A DNA stretch of 64,000 nt from the human T2T-CHM13v2.0 reference genome, Homo sapiens. A program made the translations under genes and the position numbers. The stretch lies in assembly GCF_009914755.1 (NCBI RefSeq), contig NC_060941.1. One strand, written 5' to 3'. The notes under the pieces are model-generated. The model was not told where the DNA came from. It saw only the letters and a program-made list of their open reading frames with translations, and ran no database searches. Below, piece after piece: positions 16,085-34,221 of the stretch. Positions within the stretch are counted from its first letter, which is position 1, and each line of letters begins with the position of its first letter.

Positions 16085-16938
16085 ACTTGTTTTCAGAAAT
16101 ACCTGACTTGCAGATTATTTATATATAGTCGATCTTGTGCATATAAAGGAACCATAGAAATGGGCAGTGGAGGATTCGTCCACACCCACAGCTTCTCAAC
16201 GGGCCTGAATTTGGCCAAGAAAAACCTTTATGAGCTTGTCCCTCTCTGGTCAACTGGTTTTTTGTTCGTTTGTTTTTTGAGACAGGTTTGCCCTTGTTGC
16301 CCAGGCTGGAGTGCAGTGGCACAATCTCGGCTCACTGCAACCTCCACCTCAGGTTCAAGCAATTGTCGTGCCTCAGCCTCCCTAGTAGCTGGGATTACAG
16401 GCACCATGCCCAGCTAACTTTTGTATTTTTAGTAGAGACAGGGTTTCTCCATGTTGGCCAGGCTGGTCTTGAACACCTGGCCTCAAGTGATCTGCCTGTC
16501 TTGGCCTCCCAAAGTGCTGGGATTACAGGCATGAGCCACCATGCCCAGCAGGTCAACTGTTTTTGCAAGCATTTAGCCAGAGTCATGCTGTGCTGTTAAT
16601 CAGTGTCCTGGAGAATGGGTTGCTTGGAAATCTTGGCGCCCCCTCAGTAGTAACAGCCTTGGTTTAAGGGCGCAGAGTGGAGAGTAAATGCAAGGGCTAT
16701 AACAAGGGCATTCATGCTGTGGGTTAAGATCCACAAATCGCTAGGAATGTGTATACTCTGGGTAGTAAGTTTGTAGTATTAGAAGGTTTAATGACAAGTA
16801 TTTGAAGAGCTGAAGTTAAGTGTTGGGAGGCCATCCCTTATGAAGGACAATGAATGGCAAGTAAAAGACCAAGTTCTGTTCCTGGGTCCATTAATTTAGT
16901 TAAAAAGGCAAAGTTCTTTCAGCACACATATCTGCATG

Positions 16939-17445
16939 CAGTCACGTGCTGCCTAAGGATGCTTCATTCAACAATGAGCCTCACAGCCGTGCTACACAAT
17001 AAGATTATAATACTGTATTTTTACTGTACCTTTTAACATTGTGTTACAATGGCCTACAAGAAGCTTGTGTGGATGGCTTTGAATGTGGCCCAACACGAAC
17101 TAATAAATTTTGCTAAAACATGAGTTTTGTTTGGTGACTTTTTTTTTTTTCTTTTTAGTTCATCAGCTATTGTTGGTGTATTTTATGTGTGGCCCAAGAC
17201 AATTCTTCCAGTGTGGCCCAGGGAAGTGAAAAGATACGACACCCCTGGCCTACAATTTCAGCACAGTAACGTGCTGTACAGGTTTGTAGCCTAGGAGCAA
17301 CAGGCTGTGTCATATAACCTAGGCATGTAGTAGGCTGTGCCATCCAGGTGTGCGTAAGTACACGATGATGTTCGTAGAAAACACAAAATCGCCTAACGAT
17401 GCGTTTCTCAAAACATGTCCCTGTCATTGAGTAATGCAAGACTAC
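16939..17445. mobile_element. Tigger3a/MER7-like mariner fossil containing a MER30-like hAT MITE (about 17060-17247)
   Basis: Tigger3-type core TGCTGTACAGGTTTGTAGCCTAGGAGCAA.AGGCT. The inner element ends GACACCCCTG and is flanked by an 8-bp TSD GCCTACAA (17052-17059 and 17248-17255). Confidence 0.7.
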
Positions 17446-17596
17446 TAAGTTTACTACCAGCCCATTTTGTAGATAAAGGTACAAGCGGTGAGTTAGGTTA
17501 GAGCCCAGGTTGGGAAAGAGCATAGAACCAGGTGAGTTGTGGAGGAGGGCTGGTGAGGTTGAGCCAATGGCAACTGCCCTAAAACTAGGAGGTGAT

Positions 17597-18180
17597 TGTG
17601 TTAGAATACAGCAGACTGAATAATTGATAGAGATTTATTTGGCTCACAGAAGTCGAAAGGCATGGCATTGGCATCTGGTGAGGGCCTTCTTACTGCATCA
17701 TAACATGGTGGAAGGGCTGGACAGCAAATGGGGGCCAAACCTATACTGTTGTGAGCCCACTTCATTCATGAGGGCAGAGGCTCAGGACCTAATACCTTTA
17801 AAAACCCCACCTTGGCCAGCCACAGTTGCTCACACCTGTAATCCCAGCACTTGCCAAGGGGGGTGAATCCTTGAGACCAACCTGGGCAACGTGGCACAAC
17901 CCTATCTCTACAAACAATACAAAAATTAGCCAGGCATGATGGCACACACCTGTAGTCCCAGCTACTTAGGAGGCTGAGGCAGGAGGAAGGACGATCACTG
18001 GTGCCCAGGAAGCCAAGGCTATAGTTAGCTGTGATCATGTCACTGCCACTGTACTCCAGCCTGGGTGACAGAGTCTCCAAAAAAAAAAAAAAAAAAGCGC
18101 CCCACCTCCCAATAACTGTTCAATTGGCAATTAAATTTCAACATGGGTTTTGGTTTGGGTGGAGCATTCAAACTATAGCA
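17597..18180. mobile_element. MaLR LTR (MST/MLT1A-like) with an Alu insertion
   Basis: ATTTATTTGGCTCACA, GGCATCTGGTGAGGGCCTT and the end AAATTTCAACATG...ATTCAAACTATAGCA. Confidence 0.6.
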
Positions 18181-18263
18181 ATGATTCTAACCCCAGCATC
18201 AGGAGCTTGTCGTGTTAAAGGTCCTACAAAACCAGTCTGTTTCATGAACACAAAATAATTTAG

Positions 18264-18596
<333 letters not shown>

Positions 18597-21500
18597 TGAG
18601 CACCGTGCCTGGCTGGGTGAGACTTTTAAATCAGTAAGATTTGACTGTAATGTAGGAGGTTTTTTCTTGGAGGAACTTCTAGAGCAAGGCGGGAGGCCAA
18701 ACACACAAAATACTACAATCAGGATGAAACAGCAAGAGAAGAGAATTCCTTCTATGCTGTAGGTTGTGAACACGGCCAGGTTCTGTGCTAGGCTGTTCCA
18801 TCTCATGCTTTTTAAGGACCTCCAATTCTCTAGGATGGGATTATTCCAAGTTAAACCATCAACATCTATTAAATCAGCTCTGTGAAGCCAAGCGAAACAA
18901 GTATCTGTGAACACAGAACTGAGGAAGTTGGTGAACACCCTTATCCACCTGATGTAACCTATCTCAGGCTGAATGAAGAAAAGTATAATTAAAAAGTCAT
19001 GATGGGCCGGGCGCGGTGGCTCACATCTGTAATCCTAGCACTTTGGGAGGCCAAGACAGGCGGATTGCCTGAGCTCAGGAGTTCGAGACCAGCCTGGGCA
19101 ACAACGGTGAAACCCTGTCTCTACTAAAATACAAAAAATTAGCCGGGCATGGCGGCGTGCGCCTGTAGTCCCAGGTGGGAGGCTGAGGCAGGACAATCGC
19201 TTGAACCCAGGAGGCAGAGGTTGCAGTGAGCCAAGATTGCGCCACTGCACTCCAGCCTGGGCAACAGAGCGAGACTCCGTCTCCAAAAAAAAAAAAGAAG
19301 GCATGATGGCTGGTTATGGTGGCTCATGCCTGTAATCCCAGCACTTTGAGAGACCAAGGCAGGCAGATTGCTTGAGTCCAGGACTTCGAGACCAGCCTGG
19401 GCAACATGACTAAACCCTGTCTCTACAAAAAATACAAAAATTAGCCAGGCGTGGTGTTGCATGCCTATGCTCCCAGCTACTGGGGAGGCCAAGGTGGGAA
19501 AATGGCTTGAGCCCAGGAGGCAGAGGTCGCAGTGCGCCAAGATGGCACCACTGCACTCCAACCTGGGTGACAGAGATAGACACTGTCTCAAAAAAAGAAA
19601 ACAATGTGATGTGGACATTCCCAAGGTAAGTTGTGGAGCCTCATCTAGAACCCAGGACTCCCTGTGTACCCCTCCTCCCACCAGCTGCACCTGTACATTC
19701 ACAATTTCTGTAACTCATTTTCCCGGTGGAGTGGGAGCAGAAATAAATAAATAAATGCTCATCTTACAGAGATTGTTGAGTGCTTGGTATCTGTAGTACA
19801 CTACAGGGCATGTCAGGCAGACCCCCTGCACTCAGGGAGCTGACTGCCTGGTAGGTAGATGTAAGACCAGCACACAGCCTTGACGCAGGACAGAAAGGGA
19901 CCCAAAGAGCCACAGGATCTCTGAGGACTGCGAAATCTTCCCCACTCCCATCCTCAGCCAAGGGGGCCAAGAAGGCTTCATAAAGGAGGTGCTGTCTGAA
20001 GCCAAGCATTTCGAGCAGAGAAAAAGAGTCACACCCAGAGGTGAAAAGGCACCTGGAAGCCGGCGCAGTGGCTCACGCCTGTAATCCCAGCACTTAGGGA
20101 GGCCAAGGCCAGCAGATCACTTGAGGTCAGGAGTTCGAGGCCAGCCTGGTCAACATGGCGAAATCCCATTTCTACTAAAAATACAAAAATTAGCTGGGCG
20201 TGGTGGCGGGCGAGATCGTGCCACTGCACTCCAGCCTGGGCAACAGAGCGAGACTGCGTCTCAAAAACAAAAACAACAACAAAAAAAAGAAAGATTGATT
20301 ATGCTGAAAAGGTCCCTCAGCTCTCTGCTCCTTAGTCCTCCTCTCCCACCCCAAACCCCCCCAGCCCTCCTGCCCCCATCCCCACACGCTGCAACAGCTA
20401 CACGCAAGGACAAACTGAGTGTTTCTTAAGATGGTGTTATGAAGACAAAATGAAAACTGGTCAGCTAAAACTGCATAAGAAGCTACAAAACAACTTTAGA
20501 ACCTATTCCAATTGCTGTCAACTCTATGAATAAGCCAGAAAAACACATAGCATATTTGGAGAACTGAACATGACCCCCTTCCTGGTTTATCAGCCTCGAT
20601 GGTGCCCCCTTGTGGCAGTAGTGTAAAAACACAGTTTACTGTGCACAAGGCTTTACAATTTTTCAATTAAGAGCTCCTTGACCAATTTTTAACTTTTTTT
20701 TTGGTGGGGGGACAGAGTCTCACTCTGTTTCCCAGGCTGGAGTGCAGTGGGGTCTCCTGCTAGGCACCATGCACCCTTGTTGCCCCCTCCTGCTCAAGCC
20801 TCTCATTTCTTCCACTCTCTAAATGCAAGCGTTCCCAAGGGATTGTCCTGACTGTCCTTCCCTCTCCCTTGGTGGTCTCACCCTATATCATGGCTTTGTT
20901 TGTCTTCAGTGTTCCTGATCCTAAGGCTCTGTGTCCAGCTACGACTTCTCGTCCAAGTCCAGACTCCATCGATAGCTCTTTGCCGCGTTCATTCATTCAT
21001 TCATTCATTCATGCCTATGGAGCACTCACTCAGTGCAGGTGCTGTGCCAGGTGTGGGGGCCCAGTGATGAACAAGAGAAACCACACTCCTCGTGGGGTTT
21101 GCAGTACTGCAGTCGGAGAGTCAGATTCTAAACCAATCATCGTATAAATACTGAAGAATTTAAACTGTGTTTAGAAGGGGCCACATTCGGGTCTGTGACA
21201 GGGAGAGGCACAATCTCTCTTCTTCCTGCTTTTTTTTCTCCATAGCACAACTATATGACCTATTTGTAGGGCAACAATATAATTTATTTGTTCATTTGAT
21301 TTTGGCCATCTTCCCCCACTAGAACATAAGTTCTGTGTGGGCAGAAACCTTTGTCCAGGGCTGTATCCCCAGTGCCTGCAAGAGAGTCTGGCACATACTA
21401 GGTGCTGAATACGTGTTTATTGGATGAATGAATGGGTCAGACTACGCGAAGTTTAAAATCGACAGAGTTACCCTCTATAAATTATGTGACTTGCTAGGGC

Positions 21501-21712
21501 CAGGCACGGTGGCTCACGCCTGTAATCCCAGCACTTTGAGAGGCCAAGGCAGGCGGATCACTTGAGGTGAGAGGTTCGAGACCAGGCTAGGCAACATGGA
21601 GAAACCCCGTCTCTCCTAAAAAAAAAAAAAAAAAGAGAGAGAGTTATGTGACTTACTCTCTCCCCTTTGCATCCCTACTTGGTAGAGCCGGAGGGAAAGG
21701 CTGGAATTACAT

Positions 21713-21910
21713 CAGTAGTTCTCAGAGTCTGGAGACTATGTTAGTTGCCTGGGGTGGGGGTGGGAGAGAAGAGATGTATACTACTGGTATCCAGTAAGAA
21801 GTGGTCAGAGATGCTGCTAAACATCCTGTGACCCATGGAACAGCCTCTTACCCCCACACAAATAACTATCTGGCCCAAAATATCAACAGTGCTGAGGTTG
21901 GGAAACCCTG
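21713..21910. mobile_element. MER20 hAT DNA transposon fossil
   Basis: CAGTAGTTCTCA...GATGCTGCTAAACATCCT...TGGCCCAAAAT.TCAA.AGTGCTGAGGTTG.GAAACCCTG. Confidence 0.65.
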
Positions 21911-22938
21911 GGTCACATGAACCTCTGGGAACTGTCATAAACCCGGGCAAGCTTTTCAGAGTCACCCACGTGACTGCCTTCTATCCTGTGTCCCGCAGCC
22001 AAGCAGCTGCTGTCTCTCTCAGTGAGTCTCAACACTTTTTGGACCCAATAATCCTTTCCCCTGTTATATCAGCAATCTAGAGGACTAACTTGAGAATTTT
22101 AGATCTTTTTCATCATATGCCTGGTATATGCTGGGAATTTTATTTTATTTATTTATTTATTTGAAATAGATAAAGGCAGGATCTCACTGTATTGCCCAGG
22201 CTGGTCTCAAACTCTTGGACTCAAGTGATCCTCCTGCCTCTGCCTCCCAAAGTGCTGGGGATTACAGGCATGAGCCACCATGCCCAGACTATGCTAGGAA
22301 TTTTAAGTAAAAGATAATTGGTTGGTAAATTATATGATAGTTTCTTCCTTCTCTAAAGTGCATTTAAAGTATAATCTGTGGTAATCATACCATTCAAAGA
22401 CTATTTTGACTTTCTCCGTTAAAAAAGTGACAAAACACAGTGTTTATTTATTTATTTTAGATCTCCCAGGGACTCACTAACAAACATTGTATATATAATT
22501 GGAAGAGAAAGCAAGCCTAGTGTGGTGGTATGTGCCTGTAGTCCCAGCTACTCAGGAGACTGAGGCAGGAGGATCACTTGAGCCTAGGAGTTTGAGGCTG
22601 CAGTGAGTTATGATCACGCCACGGCACTCCAGCCTGGATGACAGAGTGAGATCCTGTCTCAAAAAAAAAAAAAGAGAAAAAAGAAAAGTGCCAAACAAAT
22701 TGAAAAGTGATATTACATTATGTTTGGTTATGAGAACACATATATATTAAAATGCAGATTTAGGCCGGTCGTGGTGACTCACACCTGTAATCCTTACACT
22801 TTGGGAGGCTGAGGCGGACGGACCACCTGAGGTCAGGAGTTTGAAACCAGCCTGGCCAACATGGCGAAACCCCGACTCTACTAAAAATACAAAACTTAGC
22901 GAACTGTGGAGGTGTGTGCCTGTAATCCCAGTTACTCA

Positions 22939-23070
<132 letters not shown>

Positions 23071-24224
23071 TTAGATTTCATTATGAGTGTTTTATTAACA
23101 CTAAAGCTCATTAGGATCCCCTGCTTACACTCACTACATTAAAATTTGAATTTATAACTCGTGTATTTTTCCCTAGAGCATGATATAAGACAGTTTCAGG
23201 ATACTCATATCCAAGGAGTTTGCGAATAGTACGTGAGAGATGTAGGCTGTCCTTGGTCCCCATAAATGAAAAGCCAAGGCCGGGTGCGGTGGCTCACACC
23301 TGTAATCCCAGCACTTTGGAAGGCTGAGGTGGGCGGATCACGAGGTCAGGAGTTCAAGACCAGCCTGGCCAACATGGTGAAACCACGTCTCTACTAAAAA
23401 TACAAAAATTAGCCAGGTGTGGTGGTGCACGCCTGTAATTCCAGCTACTCAGGAGGCTGAGGCAGGAGAATTGCTTGAACCTGGGAGGCTAAAGTTTCAG
23501 TGAGCTGAGATGGCACCATTGCACTCCAGCCTGGGCAACATAGCGAGACTCTGTATCAGAAAGAAAAAAAAGAAAAGCCAAATCAGATATAACCGTCACT
23601 GAATTTTCTCTGTCAGCATTGTTTGTGACATCCTGGAGCCCTCTTAATCGGTTGACCTGCGAGTCTGGTGAGGCTCAGTGGGAGTGGCTGGGTAGATCAC
23701 CATCACTTCGCCACCTGCAGCAGTTCTCGCCTGAGACTCTGAGGCCTGAGCCCAGGCTTGGTATCACTGAAGGGCTCCCTGTTTGATTCCCCTGCCAGCC
23801 AGATACCCACACCTCTCACCTAATGCAATGATGCTCGATCCATACTCAATTCATAACTGTCGCTTTCTATGCTTCTACTGTCCGTTTTTGTGTGCTCCAA
23901 TGCAGATCTAAAACTGCGATGGAATGTGCACTTATAAAAACAATGCCACTGTCTTTTTTTAACCAGTGAACAGATTGCAATATAAAGTCCACTAAAGCCA
24001 GGCGCGGTGACTCACACTTGTAATCTCAGCACTTTGGGAGGCTGAGGCGGGTGGATCACCTGAGGTCAGGAGTTCGAGACCAGCCTGACCAACATGGTAA
24101 AAACCCCTCTCTACTAAAAATACAAAAATTAGCTGGGCGCGGTGGCTCACGCCTGTAATCCCAGCACTTTGGGAGGCTGAGATGGGCAGATCATGAGGTC
24201 AGGAGATCAAGACCATCCTGGCTA

Positions 24225-24604
<380 letters not shown>

Positions 24605-24617
24605 TTAAAAAAAATAA

Positions 24618-24896
<279 letters not shown>

Positions 24897-25410
24897 TGAC
24901 CTCGTGATCCACCCACCTCAGTCTCCCAAAGTGCTGGGATTAGAGGCATGAGCCACCGAGCCCGGCCCTTTTCTTTTCTTTTTTTCTTTTTTTTTTTTTT
25001 TTTGAGACAGTCTTGCTCTGTCACCCAGTCTGGAGTGCAGAGGCACGATCCCAGCTCACTATAACCTCAGCCTCTTGGATTCAAGCGATTCCTGTGCCTC
25101 AGCCTCCCAAGTAGCTGGGATTACAGGCATGCACCAACACGCCCAGCTAATTTTTGTATTTTTAGTAGAGATGGGGTTTCATCATGTTGGCCAGGCTGGT
25201 CTCAAACACCTGACCCTCAAATGATCCACCCGCCTCAGCCTCCCAAAGTGCTGGGATTACAGGCGTGAGCCACTGCATCAGGCTATATCAGACTTTTTTT
25301 CAAGACAGGGTCTGGTTCTGTTACCCAAGATGGAGTGCAGTGGTGTGGTCATGGCTCGTTACAACTTCCGCCTCCCAAGCTCAAGTGATCCTCCTGCCTC
25401 AGCCTCCTGA

Positions 25411-25584
<174 letters not shown>

Positions 25585-26913
25585 TGAAACTGTTTAAAAT
25601 GAAGATTGTTAAAATGGAGATTGATTCAGTAGATCTGGGGTAGAGCCTGAAATTCTGCACATCTATCAAGCTCCCAGGTGATGCTGAGCAGCAAAAATCT
25701 TTAGTTCTGTCTCCAAGGTGGGCAAGTCATAATCTCCCTGAACCTTATATTCCCCTTGTGCTTGTTTCCTCCTATATCACAGAAATGGAGCGAGAATTAA
25801 TAACTAGACACACAAAGGGCATCATGTTTATGTTCAATGTTCACTTATTTTTCAACCTCTGTGCTCCCTCTGCTTCCTGTTTTTAACCAATTGCCCATTA
25901 TGGGTATAAATTAACCATAAAGGACTATGATTAAAGACAATTTAAACTGTGCAGTGACCCGGGCTGCTGTGACTGGGTAACGGCTGGCAAGAGTGGCTGT
26001 GGATTGAGGGAGCCCGTTTGGACACCTGGGTGCCGCAGGGTCACGGCTCCTGCGTGTGGACCTCCTGTCCAACAAGCACTCTGTTTTAAAGGAGATTTTT
26101 TAATTTTACTATTTTTTAGAGTTGGAGTCTTACTCTGTCACCTAGGCTAGGGTGCAGTGTCACCATCTTAGCTCACTGCAACCTCCTCCTCCTGGGTTCA
26201 AGCCATTTTCCTGCCTCAGCCTCCTGAGTAGCTGGGATTACAGGCATGTGCCACCATGCCTGGCTAATTTTGTATTTTTAGTAGAGACGGGGTTTCTCCA
26301 TATTGGTCAGGCTGGTCTTGAAAACCTGACCTCAGGTGATCCACCCGCCTTAGCATCCCAAAGTGTTGGGATTACAGGCGTGAGCCACTGCGCCAGGCCA
26401 ATTTTTTTTTTTTTTTTAAGACACAGTCTCACTCTGTTGCCCAGGCTGAGTACAGTGATCATAGCTCACTGCAGCCTCCAACTCCTGGTCTCAAGGGATG
26501 CTCCCACCTTGGCCTCTCAAAGTGCTGGAATTACACCCAACCAAAAAATCCATTCTTAATCTTAGCAACTCTATCATTTTTTTCTGTTTTTCTCAATCAT
26601 TAATCTCCGATTTTATTATTTTTCTTTCTTCCTTATTTTCCTTGATTTTGTGGCTCTTTTTCTAACTTCTTGAGTTTAAAGATTCACACATTTATTTTAG
26701 TTCCTTTGTTTAATAATGAATGTTTTGTTTTATTTTGTTTGAGATAGGCCCTGGAGTGCACCAGACCCTATCACCCAGGCTGGAGTGCACTAGTGCAATC
26801 TGATCATAGCTCACTGCAGCCTCCAACTCCCGGGCTCAAGCAATCCTCTCGCCTCAGCCTCCCAAGTAGCTGGGACTTCAGGTTCACATTGCCACACCTG
26901 GCTTTTTTTTTAA

Positions 26914-27033
<120 letters not shown>

Positions 27034-27356
27034 TGAATACTTTTTAATGCTCTAAATTAGATTTGGTCCAGGCGCGGTGGTTCACATCTGTAATCCCAGC
27101 ACTTTGGGAGGCCAAGGCGGGCAGATTGCTTAAACCTAGGAGTTCGGGACCAGCCCAGGCAACATGGCAAAATCCTGTCTCTACTAAAAAAAAAAAAAAA
27201 AAAATTAGCCAGTGCGGTGGTGTGTGCCTGCAATCCCAGCTGCTCAGGAGACTAACAGGGGAGAATCACTTGAGCCCAGGAAGCCAAGATTGCGCCACTG
27301 GACACCAGCCTGGGCAACGGGAGTGAGAGAGAGCCTGTCTCTAAATTAATAAATAA

Positions 27357-27599
<243 letters not shown>

Positions 27600-27615
27600 T
27601 GAGGCAGAAGAATCA

Positions 27616-29100
<1,485 letters not shown>

Positions 29101-31242
29101 GCTTTTTTTTTTTTTTTTGGAGACAGTCTCACTCTGTTGCCCAGGCTGGAGTGCAGTGGTCTGATCTCGGCTCACTGCAACCTCTACCCCCTGGATTCAG
29201 GCAATTCTCCTGCCTCATCCTCCTGAGTAGCTGGATTACAGGCATGCGCTACCACTCCCAGCTAATTTTTGTATTTTTATTGGAGACGGGGGTTTCACCA
29301 TGTTGGCCATGCTGGTCTCGAACTCCTGTTCTCAAGTGATCTGCCTGCCTCAGCCTCCCAAAGTGCTGGGATTACAGACATGAGCCACTGCGCCTGGCTA
29401 AATGGCTTATTTAAAAAAAAAAAAAAAAAAAAAAAAAGAATTGCATCATTTCCAAAGCTGGCTGGGTGGGCACATTATGAGCAGGGGTGTTGCCCTTGCC
29501 ACATGGCAGCATCTCTCTGGCTCGTGGACAGAAATGACCTCTGCCGTCTGCCAGGGATCATTTGGAATCAGGTGGGTTTATATATGCAGCAAAACTTCAG
29601 TAAAGCTTGAAGAAACGCACTGATCCTTCTACCTTCTCTGAAATAACGTTCTCAATAGCGAGGTCATAGGCATAACCAGCCATCCAAACCTCCCCCATGG
29701 CCCCTTGAGCCCACCATGTGTCACTCCAACCCACCCCACTCCTGGGCTCAATAGACAACAAAGAAAAGGGAAGAGAAAGAACAAAGACCCCCCTCGATCA
29801 CCATTGTGTCCCCAGGGTCAGAACAGTGCCTGACACAAAGCAGGCACTTGGAAAATTTGTGTTGAGTAAACAGATGCATGGATGAATGAGTGAATGAAAG
29901 AGTGAAAGCACACGGTCTCTAAGCAGGCAGGAGGGTCTGGGATGATGGGCCCTGGTGGAGGGGCTGACACTGAATGGGGTGACAGAACCTCCAGCGATGG
30001 AGGAAAGGAGGAAAGGACGGAAGCGGGACTTAGGCAGCTGTGTTCACGGTGGGGAAAAGGGGGCTGACGTCAAATGACCTTGGGAATGAAAGAGAAATGA
30101 TTCACCACAGTTGCCAGTAACAACCAAGCTGCAGAATATTAATTTGCAATTGAATCAACTGGTCACTTTCGGAAACTTCCTGTCGGTTTTTGCAGGGAGT
30201 GGCAGGAGCTGAGGAAGGGGTCGGGGTGGCCTGTCAGGGACCTGGGACCAGCCTGGCAGGTTCAGAAGCAGGACAGGGGCAGCAATCTATGTGCATCACA
30301 CAGAACTGAGATGACAAACCCTGGGAGGGGTAGGCGGGCTGGGAGGAGCCAGACAGTGGAGGAGCTGGAGGTCACAGTGAAGACAGATTCAGCAGGAGCG
30401 AGGCTTCTGGAGAGGGTGGGATGGGAAGCTGTGGGCCGAGAAGAGGCAGCAGCACATGGAGTCCAAGACCCGGGGGTTCCCCAACTCAGCTCCCTCACCT
30501 CCTACCTGTTGGGCCGGGGATGAGCCATTCAGCCTGGAACACACCCGAATAAAGACTCCTCTCATCCTCTCACAGAGGGGCCTTTAGGATTATTTTTCCC
30601 AGTTAAAACCACTGTTAGGCCAGGCGTGGTGGCCCATGCCTATAAATCCCAGGGCTTTGGGAGGCCAGGAGGGAGGATCACTTGAGGCCAGGTGATCCAA
30701 ATACAAAGCCTGGGCTGAGAACCACTGCTTCGAAGGCACAGGTGGGCATCAGAGGAGAAAAGGAGAGAGGAGGCTCAGGAGAGAAGCGGAAGCCAGAGTA
30801 AGGGTAGCCACTACTCTCTGTCCTTGACAGCCCAGCCTGGGCCCAGGGGTGGTGGGCAGCCTCTCCAGCCCAGTCTGCAAGCAGCTTGCAGGCTGCCCTC
30901 TTGGCCCTGCCATGTCACCACTCTCAGACAGCAGCTGAGGCCAGAACCCAAGAACCCACCTCCCCCTACCTAGCCCCCTACCCCAGGGGGGATCATGGAT
31001 GCCCTCATTGATGCAAACACCTTCCAGGTGTCACTGTTTGTCCCCAGAACTACCACATCCTCCAAAGCCCTGGTTGCCTGGGCCAGAATGATTGAGTCGT
31101 CATCAAGCTCTTCCTTTTCTGCCATCAATAACCAATTAGGAAGCCAAGGCACTGCCTCCCTGACAACGGTTTGCAGCTCATCAATAGTGATCTGTTTCCC
31201 AAAGCCAGCCCTGGCAGGCAGGAGTGTGCCTGGGTCCACTGA

Positions 31243-31653
<411 letters not shown>

Positions 31654-31681
31654 TAGAATCTAAACTCCACCAAAGCAATGA

Positions 31682-32135
<454 letters not shown>

Positions 32136-32207
32136 TGAAAATTTACATGGAAATTCATGCTGGGCCAGTTTTTACTAAACAGAAACCTTCACAAGGCTGT
32201 GATCCCT

Positions 32208-32958
32208 TGTATCCATTTTTGATTGCTACCATAATAAGTCACCACAATTTAGAAGCTTAAAACAACAGCAATTTATTCTCTCGCGGTTCTGTAGGTCAGA
32301 AGTCCTGGTACAGAGTGGCTCACGGGGTCCCCTGATTAGGATCTCCCAAGGCCACAATCAGGTCGGCAGGGCTGCATTTCTTTCTGGAGGCTCTAGGGAT
32401 GAATCCACTTCCAAGCTCATCCAGGTTGTTGGCCAGATTTCATTCTTTGTAGTTGCGGGGCTGACATTCCTCTTTCCTGGCTGTCGGTGGAGAACCTCTC
32501 AGCTCCTCAAGGCCACTGCTTTCCTCGTCCTGTTGCCCTCCTGCCATCTTCAGACCAGCAATTGCTTGTGGAGTCCTCATAACTCCAGCTCTCCGACCTG
32601 ACCTTCAGCCACATCTCTTCTGCCTCTAGCTGAAGAAAGTTAAGGGCTATGTGATTACACTGGGCCCAGTCAGATAATCCAGCATAAACTCCCTAATTTT
32701 TTTTTTCAGAGACAGGGGTCTCACTATGTTGCCCAGGCTGGTCTCAAACTCCTGGGCTTAAGTGATCCTCCTGCCTCAGCCTCCAGAGTAGCTGGGACTA
32801 CAGGCATGCACCACTGCACTTGGCATAAGCTCTCTATTTTAAAGCCAGTAACCTTAATCACACCTGCAACGTCTCTTTTGTTATGTAATCACATATTCAC
32901 AGGTTCCAAGGATTGGGGCAGGAACATCTTTGGGGACATGATTGTTCTGCCTGCCACA
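32208..32958. mobile_element. MaLR LTR (MLT1-type) with an Alu monomer insertion
   Basis: GCTTAAAACAAC...ATTTATT.TCTC.C.GTTCTG.AGGTCAGAAGTC and TTCTGGAGGCTCTAGGG, ending TTCTGCCTGCCACA. Confidence 0.65.
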
Positions 32959-33927
32959 TTCCTACTGGGAGGATAGAGACCTGAGTTTCAGACCCACCTC
33001 TCCTTTTTGGTGTGTGGACTCAGGATGGGGATTACTTCACCTGTCTAAGCCTTAGTTTCTACTTCTTTTTTTTTTTTTTTTTTTTTTTTGAGACAGCGTC
33101 TCACTCTGTCTCCCAAGTACAGTGGCACAATCATGGCTCACTGCAACCTCACCTCCCCGGCTCAAGCAATCCTCCCACCTCAGCCTCCCAAATAGCTGGG
33201 ACCACAGCCACGCACCACCACACCCAGCTAATTTTTGTATTTTTTGTAGAGATGGGGTTTTGCCATGTTGCCCAGGCTGGTCTTCAACTGTTGGGCTCAA
33301 GTAATCTGCCGGCCTCGGCCTCCCCAGGTGCTGGGATTACAGGCGTAAGCCCCCGTACCCATCAGTTTCTTCTGAAGAAGGGGTTCACACTAGCACTTAG
33401 GTCCTAGGATCATGGTGAAGAGTGATTGCATTCATTCATGCTAAGAGCTTATCAGTTCCTGGTACACGGCATTGTTATCGTTGTGATGACAGGGGCAGGG
33501 CCCACACACCTGCACCCTCGAGGGGGACGGAGATGGGTCCCAAGGTCTGGGATCTGGTCTTCAATTTGGTAGGCCCAGAAATTGAATTTTCTGCTCACCC
33601 AGCTAGTCGGTGTTAGAGCCATGATTCAAACCCTGGCCTCACCAGTTCCAAAACCCCCTGTACACCAGGAGGTCCAGCTTCCATAGACTCTATCCCTGCT
33701 GCCTCTTTCAGTGGCAGTTGGGCTGAGGTCCCTCTGAGTCACAGCTGGCAGGAGGGAAACCCTTGGATTCACAGAGTGATATGCTTAGGGAATTACCCTC
33801 CTTTAAGCCTTGGGGAAGGAGAACTCCCCCAAGTGTATAAAGCGTGTGCACAGACCTTGTCACCTCTTCCCTTCACTGCAGCCCTATGAGGTACAAATGA
33901 ATGATTCCTATTTCCAAATGTGGTTAA

Positions 33928-34221
<294 letters not shown>

